A stretch of DNA of 64,000 nt. It comes from a bacterium (GTDB lineage: Bacteria > Hinthialibacterota > Hinthialibacteria > Hinthialibacterales > Hinthialibacteraceae). The translations under genes were made by a program, and so were the position numbers. This document shows positions 11,101 through 19,450 of this stretch, piece by piece (the first letter of the stretch is position 1; every line of letters starts with the position of its first letter). The notes beneath the pieces are model-generated. The model was not told where the DNA came from, ran no database searches, and worked only from the letters and a program-made list of their open reading frames with translations. The DNA lies in NCBI GenBank assembly GCA_963662285.2, contig CAXXMV010000006.1, positions 1,728,001 through 1,792,000 of the forward strand. Direction: 5' to 3'.

Positions 11101-11534
11101 TTTACATTCCAAGAAGTAACAACATAATCTCCATCTCCGGAAGGCTCGCCATCTGCGAAATTTTCATACTCGAAAGGTTCACCAGTTACCCATTTCCACT
11201 CCAAACCATCTCTATGCAGTCCAATCCACTTAGGACAATTAAATTGTTCTCTACTGAAATACTGTAAGACAAAGTGTTCTTCATTTATGCTGGTTATTGA
11301 TGCAAGATAACAAGAGATTGATTCTGCAAATATCCTGGCTTCAGGCCATGATATTTTATTTTTAACAATAGCATAATAATGCTCGTTATCCGGGTTGTAA
11401 TGCCAGTCATATCCTTCCGGTAATCCCTGTGTATAGGTCGGTGTTGCAGTTGGTGTTGGCTGGGCGTTTGAAGTATGTATGAATAGAATAAGGCCAATTA
11501 GAATAATTATGGATATAGTCGTAGATCGTATCAT
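8184..11534 (-). CDS. Secreted multidomain protein: four C-type lectin domains, one LamG/ConA-like domain, Pro-Thr linkers and an unknown ~320-aa C-terminal domain
   Basis: Signal peptide; four repeats of W.YNP.N.HYY...W..A...A....GYL.TI...WIGL...W..GE; LVGYWKFDGNAMDSSG...GMIDEVRIYN (LamG); PTPTPTP linkers. Confidence 0.9.
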   Translation of the reverse strand: MIRSTTISIIILIGLILFIHTSNAQPTPTATPTYTQGLPEGYDWHYNPDNEHYYAIVKNKISWPEARIFAESISCYLASITSINEEHFVLQYFSREQFNCPKWIGLHRDGLEWKWVTGEPFEYENFADGEPSGDGDYVVTSWNVKEEWNDYSYTEKRDFIIEFDNSSPNIPPTPTPTPTPGLPEDYEWHYNPDNGHYYAIVLNPISWPEARIFAESISCYLATITSRNEEDFIFQHFNLEKYRTPKWIGLSRDGLSWKWVTGEPFEYENFADGEPSGDGDYVVTSWGVKEEWNDYSFTEKRYFIIEFDNSSNIPPTPTPTPTTGLSEGYEWKYNPNNGHYYSHSHQPMLWEDANIFAQELGGYLLTITEEQEHQWIISTFSHYGVFLGLHNDDGWKWVSGESFNYSNWSPGEPSGDGSIVEITGLGWNDRPDDNEKYFIVEIDQIPDPTPTPIFHENLVGYWKFDGNAMDSSGYNHNGTLENGATISPEGYMNSALKCDGINDNVLIDTSPKLTFSSDDQFTISLWFNLSGDSEWLYDPLIASGRDSDYSTDYIFIDINSDRVRVHMEGDANNENVAIHYYGHNYRDNTWHQITVIHDIKNVYLYIDNELKASQLNHPAQGVYNFEGTWGIGHEPYFPKYYLKGMIDEVRIYNSAVYPSSITNQGLPEGYDWKYNPDNGHYYSYVQKGNNWESVKSQAESIGGYLVTINSKQEDDWLYQTFSEIAQYETWIGLDENGWVSGEPVQYLNYIDPLWGGSGTCLFYLRAQNQKWWKRPKQDIISFIVEYNNIYPVPTPTPTPENWSSLNGESLEDNYLSAGAPAGYTPGKIQFGEIPEGQGSDGNGMEIRLAPGQGVFISSSNVFETTSLVQLTGSFRANNKEVAIALVGLNSPVDGQIGYANIRGESVPVGDYRKFNLIFAPPSGKVQYAIQAVNSTFSHTSTTVWVDNIEVKSYEPTFGLQPVELEVNGSFNSGLEHLMVNINYNDGSIIPFFESMTDVALRMSIDPSNKAANIGTTCQGLYYQFPFCLLGQVSVKRASMPGGGMMALVLTNGFQNLALYRKADEIKTIYDAQDELLIIGGDFTTNNPDIPISAFVQLGGPDADASVVVDDLMIMKH

Positions 11535-11787
11535 TTTATCCCCCTCTGGATTATATGACCATCATATTCGCATATATGAACATGATTTGTCAATATCTGA
11601 TAAGTAAAATAGCAGCATTTATTTTAATCTTGAGCATGCGAGCAAAGAAATAGATAAATAAAATACAGGCATCACTAGGAGATTTAATCAAATTCTGTTA
11701 GTGATAAAATTAAACCGTTTGGCGAGTGGATCAAGTACTTAATCCATTTCAACGAGGGTGACATGACTTTCTCTCATAACCGCTACG

Positions 11788-11823
11788 CCTCAGTTAACGT
11801 CAGCGAATGTGAGTTAACTGAGG
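11788..11823. promoter_or_regulatory. Inverted repeat in the leader of the oxidoreductase gene
   Basis: cctcagttaac-N14-gttaactgagg, with perfect 11-bp arms ~100 bp upstream of ATG 11924. Confidence 0.45.
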
Positions 11824-11923
11824 AATCAATCAGTTTTTAGAGTAAAATTTCTACTAACCGCTGGAGAAACATACATATTCTAGTAAAGTAGATTATTCAA
11901 ACAATCTAACAAGGAGTAGAACT

Positions 11924-13276
11924 ATGAATTCCAACACCGTAAACCGTCGTAATTTTCTCAGTCGAAGCGTCGTTGCCGGAAGTGGATTGATGATCCTTAA
12001 AAGTGGCGTGGCCTTTGGCGCAAATAGCCCGAACAACCGGCTAAATGTTGCCTTGATCGCCGCCTATGGACGCGCAAGAGCTCACTATTCAACCCTCAGA
12101 AATGAGAACGTAATTGCTGTTTGTGACGTCAATCAGAATAACATCCCATTTGCGCTTAAGGAATTCCCCAAAGCCAAAGTCTACGAGGATTGGCGCAAGT
12201 GCCTTGATCATCCCGGGATTGACGCCGTGTTATGCGCCACAACCGACTTCACCCACTCGTTTATTGCCAACTGGTCGCTCAACCGGGATTATCATGTCTA
12301 CATGGAGAAGCCCTTGGCTATCACGGTTAAGGAAGCGCGTACAGTTAGAGAAAGTTATCTTAAACGCAAGGACAAACTTGCCACCCAGGTTGGTATGCAG
12401 CGTCACGCTCACCCCAATTTCAACCGCATACACGAAGCGGTCCGTGATGGCGCCATCGGTAAAATCAAGGAAGCCTGCGCCTGGGGCAACCGCCAGATTC
12501 GTAAGAAAGGCTATTATCCTGAAGAGAAACCCATTCCATCTCACATCAATTGGGATCTATGGCTTGGACCAGCGCCGGCGCATCCATATAGTTCGGAATA
12601 CTTTAACGCAGGCCCCGAGGCAGGCTGCCTGCAGTGGAATATGTTCTGGGATTTCGGCATAGGCCAGATGGGCGACATGGGCAGCCATACCATGGATCTC
12701 TTATGGAACACCATCGACGCCGAATTGCCGGAAAGCATAAAATCAACCACGCCCGAAGCCTTCAATCCAGAAGTTACTCCAGTTGAACTGACCAGCGAAT
12801 TCGTCTTCCCGGCCAATAGTTGGCGGGACAAGATTAATGTAACCTGGTACCAGGGCGGGGCTATGCCCAAGTCGCCTTCCGGATGGATTGACCTGAATAA
12901 GATCGGCCACGGCGCCATGTTTAAGGGCGACAAGGGAGTATTGATTTCAGATTTCAGAAATTACCTGATTATTCCTAATAATGATTTAGATAATATGTGT
13001 CATTATGATCCACGTTCCGCAGATAAATCGCTGCCGGATGTAGGACATTTCCAGACGCAGTGGGTTGATGCCTGCAAAAACGGCAAGCCATCTGAGACTG
13101 CCTGCAACTTTGAATATAGCGCTAACATGATTGAGTCGATGTGCCTCGGTCTCGCTTCCTTCCGGGCTGGCAAGGAACTCAAATATGACGCCAAACAAGG
13201 CGTCGTTACCAACGATGCCAGCGCCAACCAGTATCTGACTAAAAACTACCGCAAAGGCTGGACTATGAACGGGTAA
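11924..13276 (+). CDS. Tat-exported Gfo/Idh/MocA oxidoreductase
   Basis: NRRNFL twin-arginine; YMEKPL; DMGSHTMD; ends YRKGWTM; SD aaggag. Confidence 0.92.
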   Translation: MNSNTVNRRNFLSRSVVAGSGLMILKSGVAFGANSPNNRLNVALIAAYGRARAHYSTLRNENVIAVCDVNQNNIPFALKEFPKAKVYEDWRKCLDHPGIDAVLCATTDFTHSFIANWSLNRDYHVYMEKPLAITVKEARTVRESYLKRKDKLATQVGMQRHAHPNFNRIHEAVRDGAIGKIKEACAWGNRQIRKKGYYPEEKPIPSHINWDLWLGPAPAHPYSSEYFNAGPEAGCLQWNMFWDFGIGQMGDMGSHTMDLLWNTIDAELPESIKSTTPEAFNPEVTPVELTSEFVFPANSWRDKINVTWYQGGAMPKSPSGWIDLNKIGHGAMFKGDKGVLISDFRNYLIIPNNDLDNMCHYDPRSADKSLPDVGHFQTQWVDACKNGKPSETACNFEYSANMIESMCLGLASFRAGKELKYDAKQGVVTNDASANQYLTKNYRKGWTMNG

Positions 13277-13338
13277 TAATATCTATCATAAATTCAATAT
13301 TCCAGTTCTTCGTATTCAGTTCTTTATGTTAAAAGGTT

Positions 13339-13389
13339 CAGCCCCATATCATCTTCTTTATTATTAATGATATGGGGCTGGTTTTGTTT
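13339..13389 (+). terminator. Intrinsic terminator
   Basis: cagccccatatcat...atgatatggggctg followed by gttttgttt. Confidence 0.75.
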
Positions 13390-13701
13390 GTTGAGCAAAC
13401 ACAATAGAAATCCATAAATCATACAAATACTTATTTCTCAATTAATCCAAATGACAACAGCGTCGTTATACTTAAATTCTAAAGTAAATTCCGTTAATTA
13501 ACCTTAGTTTTTTAAATCAAAAATTGAGCGAGGTTTTTTACATTTTCCGTATTCGGATCTGAAGAGTTTTTGGCCGAGATATCCTGTGACGAATCAATCT
13601 ACGCTAATTAATCAGGAGAGGTGTACTCAATGAATGATAAAAGAAAAATCTATGCGTTATGCGTCATGAAGGATCATTAATTGTCAGGGAAGGGGGGAGT
13701 G

Positions 13702-13774
13702 CGTCTCCAGGGGGGTTCGAACCCCCGTTGCCGGCGTGAAAGGCCGGAGTCCTAGGCCACTAGACGATGGAGAC
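13702..13774 (-). tRNA. tRNA-Glu (TTC), CCA not encoded
   Basis: Reverse complement GTCTCCATCGTCTAGTGGCCTAGGACTCCGGCC-TTTCA-CGCCGGCAACGGGGGTTCGAACCCCCCTGGAGACG forms a cloverleaf with anticodon TTC. Confidence 0.96.
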
Positions 13775-13914
13775 TTTTGACTGACAACAGATGAGAATTT
13801 TGCCTCGAAACGTAAATTTGTCAATCCGCAGGTACTCTTTTTCTTGAATAAGTGGATTTTTTTTGATTATTCATTGTTTTAAGTGAATATTGAAGCGATT
13901 GTTGAATCAATTTA

Positions 13915-14388
13915 TTATAGGAATTGTTGATATGCTTCAACTGCTAATTCATCGCATCGCTCATTTTGTGGATGTCCGGAATGTCCACGAACATGTTTCC
14001 AGGTAATCGAGTGTTGGTTGGTTAATGCATCCAGTTCTTTCCACAGTTCATCATTTTTGACAGGTTCTAAATTACTGCGTACTTTTCTTTTCCATCCATT
14101 ACGTTTCCAATTATGAATCCATTGAGTGATGCCATTTATTACATAGGCGCTGTCAGAAACTACCAGAACTTTGGTTTTTCTGGTTAATTTTTTCAATCCT
14201 TCAATGACTGCTTGTAATTCCATACGGTTATTGGTCGTTTGCTTGACTCCACCGCTGCCTTCCTTGATTTTTCGAGTCGGGGTATGCTCCAGAACAAAGG
14301 CCCACCCTCCAGGGCCTGGATTACCGCTGCAAGCGCCATCGGTATATAGAATCACTTCAACTTCATTAGTGCCTTGTTCAGTTCTCAT
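13915..14388 (-). CDS. rnhA: Ribonuclease HI
   Basis: YTDGACSGNPGPGGW, TTNNRMEL, VKNDELWKELD, HVRGHSGHPQNERCDELA; start chosen at ATG 14388. Confidence 0.96.
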   Translation of the reverse strand: MRTEQGTNEVEVILYTDGACSGNPGPGGWAFVLEHTPTRKIKEGSGGVKQTTNNRMELQAVIEGLKKLTRKTKVLVVSDSAYVINGITQWIHNWKRNGWKRKVRSNLEPVKNDELWKELDALTNQHSITWKHVRGHSGHPQNERCDELAVEAYQQFL

Positions 14389-14487
14389 AAATTTATCATC
14401 CACCGTTGATTTTCTCAAACATATTGTATGCGAAAAGATCCCTCAGCCAATACGATGCGGTTTATATAGAGATTTTTTTATAAAAAA

Positions 14488-14523
14488 ACGGCCTGCTCGC
14501 ATAATGCGAGTAGGCCGAATAAA
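14488..14523 (-). terminator. Intrinsic terminator of 14543-15994 (near-identical to 19400-19435)
   Basis: cggcctgctcgcat-a-atgcgagtaggccg hairpin, with a T-run on the minus strand. Confidence 0.8.
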
Positions 14524-14542
14524 AACTATTTGTTAAGCTAAA

Positions 14543-15994
14543 TTATTGTAATTCCCATCCATCGACTGATGTTGCGGCAAATGGGTTTTTCAGAACAACG
14601 GCGAATGCGTGTTCTGCAGGAGTTAATTCGCCTGTGGTTGAATCAACAGTTACGCCATCAGCAGCTATAACGATGCGTTGATTGTCCATCGATACATTAA
14701 CTTCCTTGGACATAATTCCCAGAACTTCAGTATCATCCCAGCGTTCGAATTGAGAGAACGCGAAGAAGGTAGGCGTTACTGGTTCAAGATTGCTGTCTAG
14801 GATGCGTGCGGCGATTTGTTGTTCTGCGCCCAGACTTTGGTCTTGGAAGACGTAAGTCACGCAAACATTACCTTTGCTATCAACAGCTAGATCACCGCGA
14901 TCAAATGTTCCAAACAACCACAGATCTTCTTCATTGACAACAACTTCTTTATCAGCTACGCCTGTGACAGCGTTAAAGCGGGAGCAAACCATTTCGCCAT
15001 CACCGTTTTTACCTGAGATATAGACAAAGTCTCCATCAATGGAAGCGGCGATGCGAGTTCCATCTCCACGGCCTGTATCAGAAACGGTAGTCCAATCAGC
15101 TTGAGCAATCACTCCGCCATGCTGCAAGTTTCCATCGTTGTCATAGATTGACATGATGGCTTCAGTACGAACGGCAAAGCCGCCCTTGAAGGCTACAACG
15201 TTTGACCAGATGCTGTGAGCTGTGTCATCACCCGCTGCGTTGAAGGGTCCTTTAAGGATATCGCCAGTTGCGCTATCGAAAATCGTGGCTATCGCTGCAG
15301 TACCGCTAGTAAATACACCCTGATTCCGGTCTTCTACGACTACTAATATGTTGCCATTTGAAAGGATGCGAATATCGCCGCCAAAACGCATTTGATTGTT
15401 TTGAGCGCCTGCAATAGTTCCGCTGCCATAAACTGGATCAATAACCTTAGTTAGAGGCTGGGGTCCATCAGGAGTTTTCATAAATGCCTGGACTGCGGCA
15501 ATTTGATTTGATGCATAAAAAAACTCTTTCTCCCAACGACCATCTGAATCGAAACCGTCTTCAAGATGCGGAGTAGATTCTTCACCAGTCACATACATGG
15601 TTCCACCTGGTCTGCGGTCGGCAGCCACGCGGGGAGGATTTCCGTCTTTACGGGCTTCGTTAAATGGGCCAGTATAAGGTTCGCCGGCATCATTATAAAA
15701 CGCCCAGTATTCGGAAACTGAACCATCTGTTCCAATGAAAGCGACTTTAGCGTTCATACCATCAGTCATACCATCTGGAAAGGCGCCAGCGATAATGATG
15801 ATGGTTCCATCACCAAAAATATCGGTGAATGGTTCCCAGTATGAAGCCATGGCCACTTCTGATTTGAAGAAAACAGTGTCAGGAACTAAAATCTCGACTC
15901 CAGCGTCTTCATGACTGAAAGGAAGATCGCCTTCTAATGCTACAGCGCTCATTGCAAATAGCATGATTGTTGTTACTAGAAATGCATTTTTCAT
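14543..15994 (-). CDS. Secreted acidic protein of unknown function, C-terminus NPFAATSVDGWELQ; paralog of 19451-20908
   Basis: Signal peptide MKNAFLVTTIMLFAMSAVA; long identical blocks with 19451-20908 (SYWEPFTDIFGDGTII, RVAADRRPGGT, HSIWSNV). Confidence 0.85.
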   Translation of the reverse strand: MKNAFLVTTIMLFAMSAVALEGDLPFSHEDAGVEILVPDTVFFKSEVAMASYWEPFTDIFGDGTIIIIAGAFPDGMTDGMNAKVAFIGTDGSVSEYWAFYNDAGEPYTGPFNEARKDGNPPRVAADRRPGGTMYVTGEESTPHLEDGFDSDGRWEKEFFYASNQIAAVQAFMKTPDGPQPLTKVIDPVYGSGTIAGAQNNQMRFGGDIRILSNGNILVVVEDRNQGVFTSGTAAIATIFDSATGDILKGPFNAAGDDTAHSIWSNVVAFKGGFAVRTEAIMSIYDNDGNLQHGGVIAQADWTTVSDTGRGDGTRIAASIDGDFVYISGKNGDGEMVCSRFNAVTGVADKEVVVNEEDLWLFGTFDRGDLAVDSKGNVCVTYVFQDQSLGAEQQIAARILDSNLEPVTPTFFAFSQFERWDDTEVLGIMSKEVNVSMDNQRIVIAADGVTVDSTTGELTPAEHAFAVVLKNPFAATSVDGWELQ

Positions 15995-16079
15995 AGTAGA
16001 ACCTCTTTTTTATTATGTTGTTTGTTAATGCTGTATCCATTAATATTAGTCATTTCTCAAAATAATAAAACTATCTATC

Positions 16080-16088
16080 CCTCCTTTC
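16080..16088 (-). promoter_or_regulatory. Orphan Shine-Dalgarno GAAAGGAGG in the 5' leader, 86 nt upstream of the start
   Basis: cctcctttc on the + strand; no ATG at SD spacing; same motif in the paralog leader. Confidence 0.5.
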
Positions 16089-16808
16089 CATTTAAAATTA
16101 AAAATGGATTTAGAATTAACCGAATAGTTTTTTTTAACATTTTAATCTTCATATTACTAGGTTGACAATGACATTATTTAAAAAAATATGATAATATGAT
16201 AATGTACCAAGTTGTAACTGATTGTGTATTTTGCCGGGATATTGATTAAAATTTATTTTTAGGACGAAAATCAAAATAGTGTTCAAATGTAATCGGTTAT
16301 GGTCATCGTAAGCGATATTTAATAACAAAATAATCTGGAATAACTGATGCTATTCAAAAACAGCCTATTCGTCACAAGATAATATAGGTCAAAGCCGTAA
16401 ATCATAAACTTGTAAGCAAGCATGGTGTTCTATAATGATGATATTGAGACTCTTTGTTTGCAAACCAGCAGATGTCATTGTAACTGTCTATATTATTAAA
16501 TAAAAGTAGTTTTTTGTATGCTTAACATATTTGATAACTTGACATGACGCGTTTTTAAATGAGAAAATCTAGTATTATCCATAAAAGTGGACAGTTTTTT
16601 AGTTTACATGGAAATTTCGGCTTCCATGACATGGCTAAGGTAACTTGCCTCTTGTAAGTGTATTTCAGTGGTATAATACGTTCTGGAGGAAATCGGAACG
16701 TGTGTTTGAGAATTTGCAGTTGGTATCAATGGGCCCGTTATCGTTTTTTGAACGAAAGACGGGGTGAACGATCTGTATTCAATCGATACGCTAGAAAAGG
16801 AGAAAATA

Positions 16809-18314
16809 ATGATTAAGAGCCGGTTTATCGTATCTGCATTAATGGTTTTTCTCGCTTGCACGGCTTATTCACAGCCGTTGGATGGAAATCCTATCGAACT
16901 CACTTCATTTCTGCCCATGTTGTCGGATGCTGGATTTGAAGCAGTCAATCTGGAAAGTCCACTGCTGGTGGGGCAAGATCCAGACAATGATGACCGTGAA
17001 CCGCAGACCTGCGTGCTTGCGGATGGAACGGTGGTTGTCTTCTGGGTGAACCGCGGAGGAAGTCACCATATCAGTGGCATGAAACCAGATGGATCCAGGA
17101 TTTATCCAGTATTTGGAGCGAATGAATCTGACATCATCGTTGGAGCGAACACTGGCGCCAACACGAACTGGACGCTCTGCGAAAGCAGCTTTGATGGAAC
17201 GAAGTTCCTCGTAGGCGCTACCTGGCAACATGGTCAACTTGTAGGAACTAAAGCTAGCCTTCCTCCAACGATGGGTGATGGCGAAATGGATGGCAATCGA
17301 ACGGATGATGGTCAGGGACATGGTTTCTTTAAGATTTTTGACAGCAACTTCAACCCGGTAACAAGCGATCCGGTTTCCATTGGGCAATTCAGCCTAGGGC
17401 ATCGGGAATTCGGTGTTGGCTGTCTTTCTGACGGCAAATGGGCAATCGGCGTCATGTCGCGTGATCACAGATGGGAAATCGATCCGGACGCGGAATTTGC
17501 ATCCCGCACGCCTTTTGTGAATATTTTTAATGCAGATGGAACGCGTTTTAAGGATGAGTTCGCCCCCATCGTTGAAGACGGGCAAGGTCAAGTCACTGAG
17601 GATTTAACAGGAAGTCAAGGCGGACGTTTCCATATCGCTCCCATGTCTGACTGCTTCGCATTCATCATCCGCAGGGGTACGAACAACGAACCCAAGATCA
17701 TTATCTATGATAATGATGGCAATGTTATTAATTCTTACTCGACCGTTGATAATGAAGTATTCGAAGGCCTGGAAGTGGGCGAATGGATCGCTGGCGCTGG
17801 CGCCGATTTCTTCGTGGCTCTCTTTACCACTACGGGCACGGAAGCCATGGCAGATCTGGGAATGCCCGAGGAATTGATCGACTCATCAATTCTTTTGGCG
17901 CGCAAGTTTGACAAAAACGGACCTCTAGGGCCTTATATTCTTGTATCAACTGCCCCTGATATAGATGTTGGAGGCGTTAGCCGTCCTCGTATTGCGATGG
18001 CGCCGAACGGCAGTTTCGCATTGAGTTGGGAAGACCAATTCTCGGATTCTCTCAACAACACGAAAAGCATGGCATTCCGCGTGTTCAATGCGGATGGTAC
18101 TCCTGCCTCTCCCGCAGCGTTGGCCCATGATCTTCCCGAATTGGATCCGGATGGATTCGGCGATCCTGGAGAGCCGATGATTGGCATGTCCAACAATTTC
18201 ATCTCTTTGACATGGGGTAGCCGCGCCTTTGGCACAGGCAACCGTGATGTTGTGGTAAATGTTGTGGCTAATCCAGCTCAAGACTCGGACATCAGTGGTT
18301 GGGAACTCCATTAA
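16809..18314 (+). CDS. Secreted acidic protein of unknown function, C-terminus NPAQDSDISGWELH
   Basis: Start at ATG 16809 after SD aaggag; signal peptide MIKSRFIVSALMVFLACTAYS; beta-rich, propeller-like repeats. Confidence 0.85.
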   Translation: MIKSRFIVSALMVFLACTAYSQPLDGNPIELTSFLPMLSDAGFEAVNLESPLLVGQDPDNDDREPQTCVLADGTVVVFWVNRGGSHHISGMKPDGSRIYPVFGANESDIIVGANTGANTNWTLCESSFDGTKFLVGATWQHGQLVGTKASLPPTMGDGEMDGNRTDDGQGHGFFKIFDSNFNPVTSDPVSIGQFSLGHREFGVGCLSDGKWAIGVMSRDHRWEIDPDAEFASRTPFVNIFNADGTRFKDEFAPIVEDGQGQVTEDLTGSQGGRFHIAPMSDCFAFIIRRGTNNEPKIIIYDNDGNVINSYSTVDNEVFEGLEVGEWIAGAGADFFVALFTTTGTEAMADLGMPEELIDSSILLARKFDKNGPLGPYILVSTAPDIDVGGVSRPRIAMAPNGSFALSWEDQFSDSLNNTKSMAFRVFNADGTPASPAALAHDLPELDPDGFGDPGEPMIGMSNNFISLTWGSRAFGTGNRDVVVNVVANPAQDSDISGWELH

Positions 18315-18394
18315 TGATGAGTCGGCCAAAAGTGGATGGAGTGTGATTTCCGGGAATAATTTCCTGGAGACGCGCATGTTAGCGAATACTATGA

Positions 18395-18429
18395 ATAGCC
18401 GGGGAACGTTCTTTTCATTCCCCGGCTAT
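18395..18429 (+). terminator. Stem-loop between the WELH gene and the prepilin gene (terminator/attenuator or processing site)
   Basis: atagccggggaa-N11-ttccccggctat with perfect 12-bp arms; no U-tract. Confidence 0.5.
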
Positions 18430-18449
18430 GAATTATGAGGAATGACATT

Positions 18450-19082
18450 ATGCGACATTTTCTTATCCGACGACGCAAAACTTTCGGCTTTACGCTTATC
18501 GAACTACTGATAGTCGTCGCCATCATCGGCATTTTGGCGGCGATCGCCGTGCCGAATTTCTTGAATGCCCAACTTCGGGCGAAGATCGCAAAGGCTTATG
18601 CTGATATCAAGGCTATAGCAACGGCTCAAGAGATGTATGCGCTTGACAACAACGGCGGTTATCCACCGGAATCGGAAGACTACCCATACGAACGCGGCAG
18701 GATGGAGGCGGGGCTTCTTTGGCTGGTCAGTCCAGTCGCCTATATCTCCGCATTGCCAACGGATGGATTTGTGCCGCTGAATGAGAAAATGGAACACAGT
18801 ACGCCTCGCGTGTATGAGACCGGCGTCGCGCAACGCGGTCGCAAGTTCGTTGCGTATTGCATTTTTACAATCGGACCGGATGGTTCTGAAAACGGCATTG
18901 AATCCGCACAGCCGTTTTATGGTCCCCAGCGGGGTGGATATGGCAATACATTCTCCGTATCCAATGGTCTTAAGAGCAAAGGCGATATTTATTGGTATGG
19001 AGGCGACTGTAGCATTACGAAAAACTTGGTGATTGACGGGAAAATCTATAATGGCAGTGCTCCGCCCAATTTTGGAAAATGA
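18450..19082 (+). CDS. Prepilin-type N-terminal cleavage/methylation domain protein
   Basis: RRRKTFG|FTLIELLIVVAIIGILAAIAVPNFLNAQ; LVSPVAYISALPTDGF; GPDG...SNGLKSKGDI; start may be 18435 or 18450. Confidence 0.92.
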   Translation: MRHFLIRRRKTFGFTLIELLIVVAIIGILAAIAVPNFLNAQLRAKIAKAYADIKAIATAQEMYALDNNGGYPPESEDYPYERGRMEAGLLWLVSPVAYISALPTDGFVPLNEKMEHSTPRVYETGVAQRGRKFVAYCIFTIGPDGSENGIESAQPFYGPQRGGYGNTFSVSNGLKSKGDIYWYGGDCSITKNLVIDGKIYNGSAPPNFGK

Positions 19083-19399
19083 GTTAAGCCTTCCTGTTTC
19101 AACCACGGATTTCCAAAATGATGAGTTGGCAAAAAGTGGATGAAAGACGAAACTTACACATTGTCTTATATACATCAACTTGCAAACCTACCAAGTATTG
19201 TGGTTATGAAAATAAGTTTTGTTATTTTACCGTTTCGTCATTGATGAATAACTTGGAATTGGTTTATAGGTTTCTTTGACGCACCGGCTAGAAGCCGATG
19301 CTCCCCTGGATCTGTTGTTCATTTTTCATACCGTTTCGTCATAAATGATGAGTCGGCAAAAAGTGGGGAAAAAGTTATTTTGGTAATATATCTACAATA

Positions 19400-19435
19400 A
19401 CGGCCTGCTCGCAATATGCGAGCAGGCCGAATAAA
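19400..19435 (-). terminator. Intrinsic terminator of 19451-20908
   Basis: cggcctgctcgca-ata-tgcgagcaggccg; near-identical to 14488-14523. Confidence 0.75.
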
Positions 19436-19450
19436 TTGATAATTATCGAA

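Larger units (their letters stand above)
18313..19366 (+). repeat. 23-bp direct repeats AATGATGAGT[CT]GGC[AC]AAAAGTGG at 18313, 19117 and 19344
   Basis: Three copies with 1-2 mismatches. The first two bracket the prepilin gene. Confidence 0.85.

Noticed and set aside
10605-11430. Diversity-generating retroelement (TR/VR pair) in the duplicated C-type lectin domains
   Set aside because: Differences are not adenine-specific and are mostly synonymous. Both copies are in-frame domains, and no reverse transcriptase is present in the window.
13276-13774. Genomic island integrated at tRNA-Glu
   Set aside because: There is no integrase and no direct-repeat copy of the tRNA 3' end. The 11-bp match at ~18363 is in the wrong orientation and plausibly chance.
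16202-16249. Micro-ORF MYQVVTDCVFCRDID resembling a ferredoxin N-terminus
   Set aside because: It is only 15 codons, has no SD and shows no continuation in other frames; likely chance.
18504-19178. 224-aa antisense ORF over the pilin, and other long shadow ORFs (38257-38943, 51766-52332, 12114-12662, 63584-63907)
   Set aside because: They overlap well-supported genes on the opposite strand or in another frame and have no recognisable motifs.
18313-19366. CRISPR or integron attC interpretation of the 23-bp repeats
   Set aside because: Spacing is 804 and 227 bp, there is no RYYYAAC/GTTRRRY palindromic attC structure, and no integrase is present.
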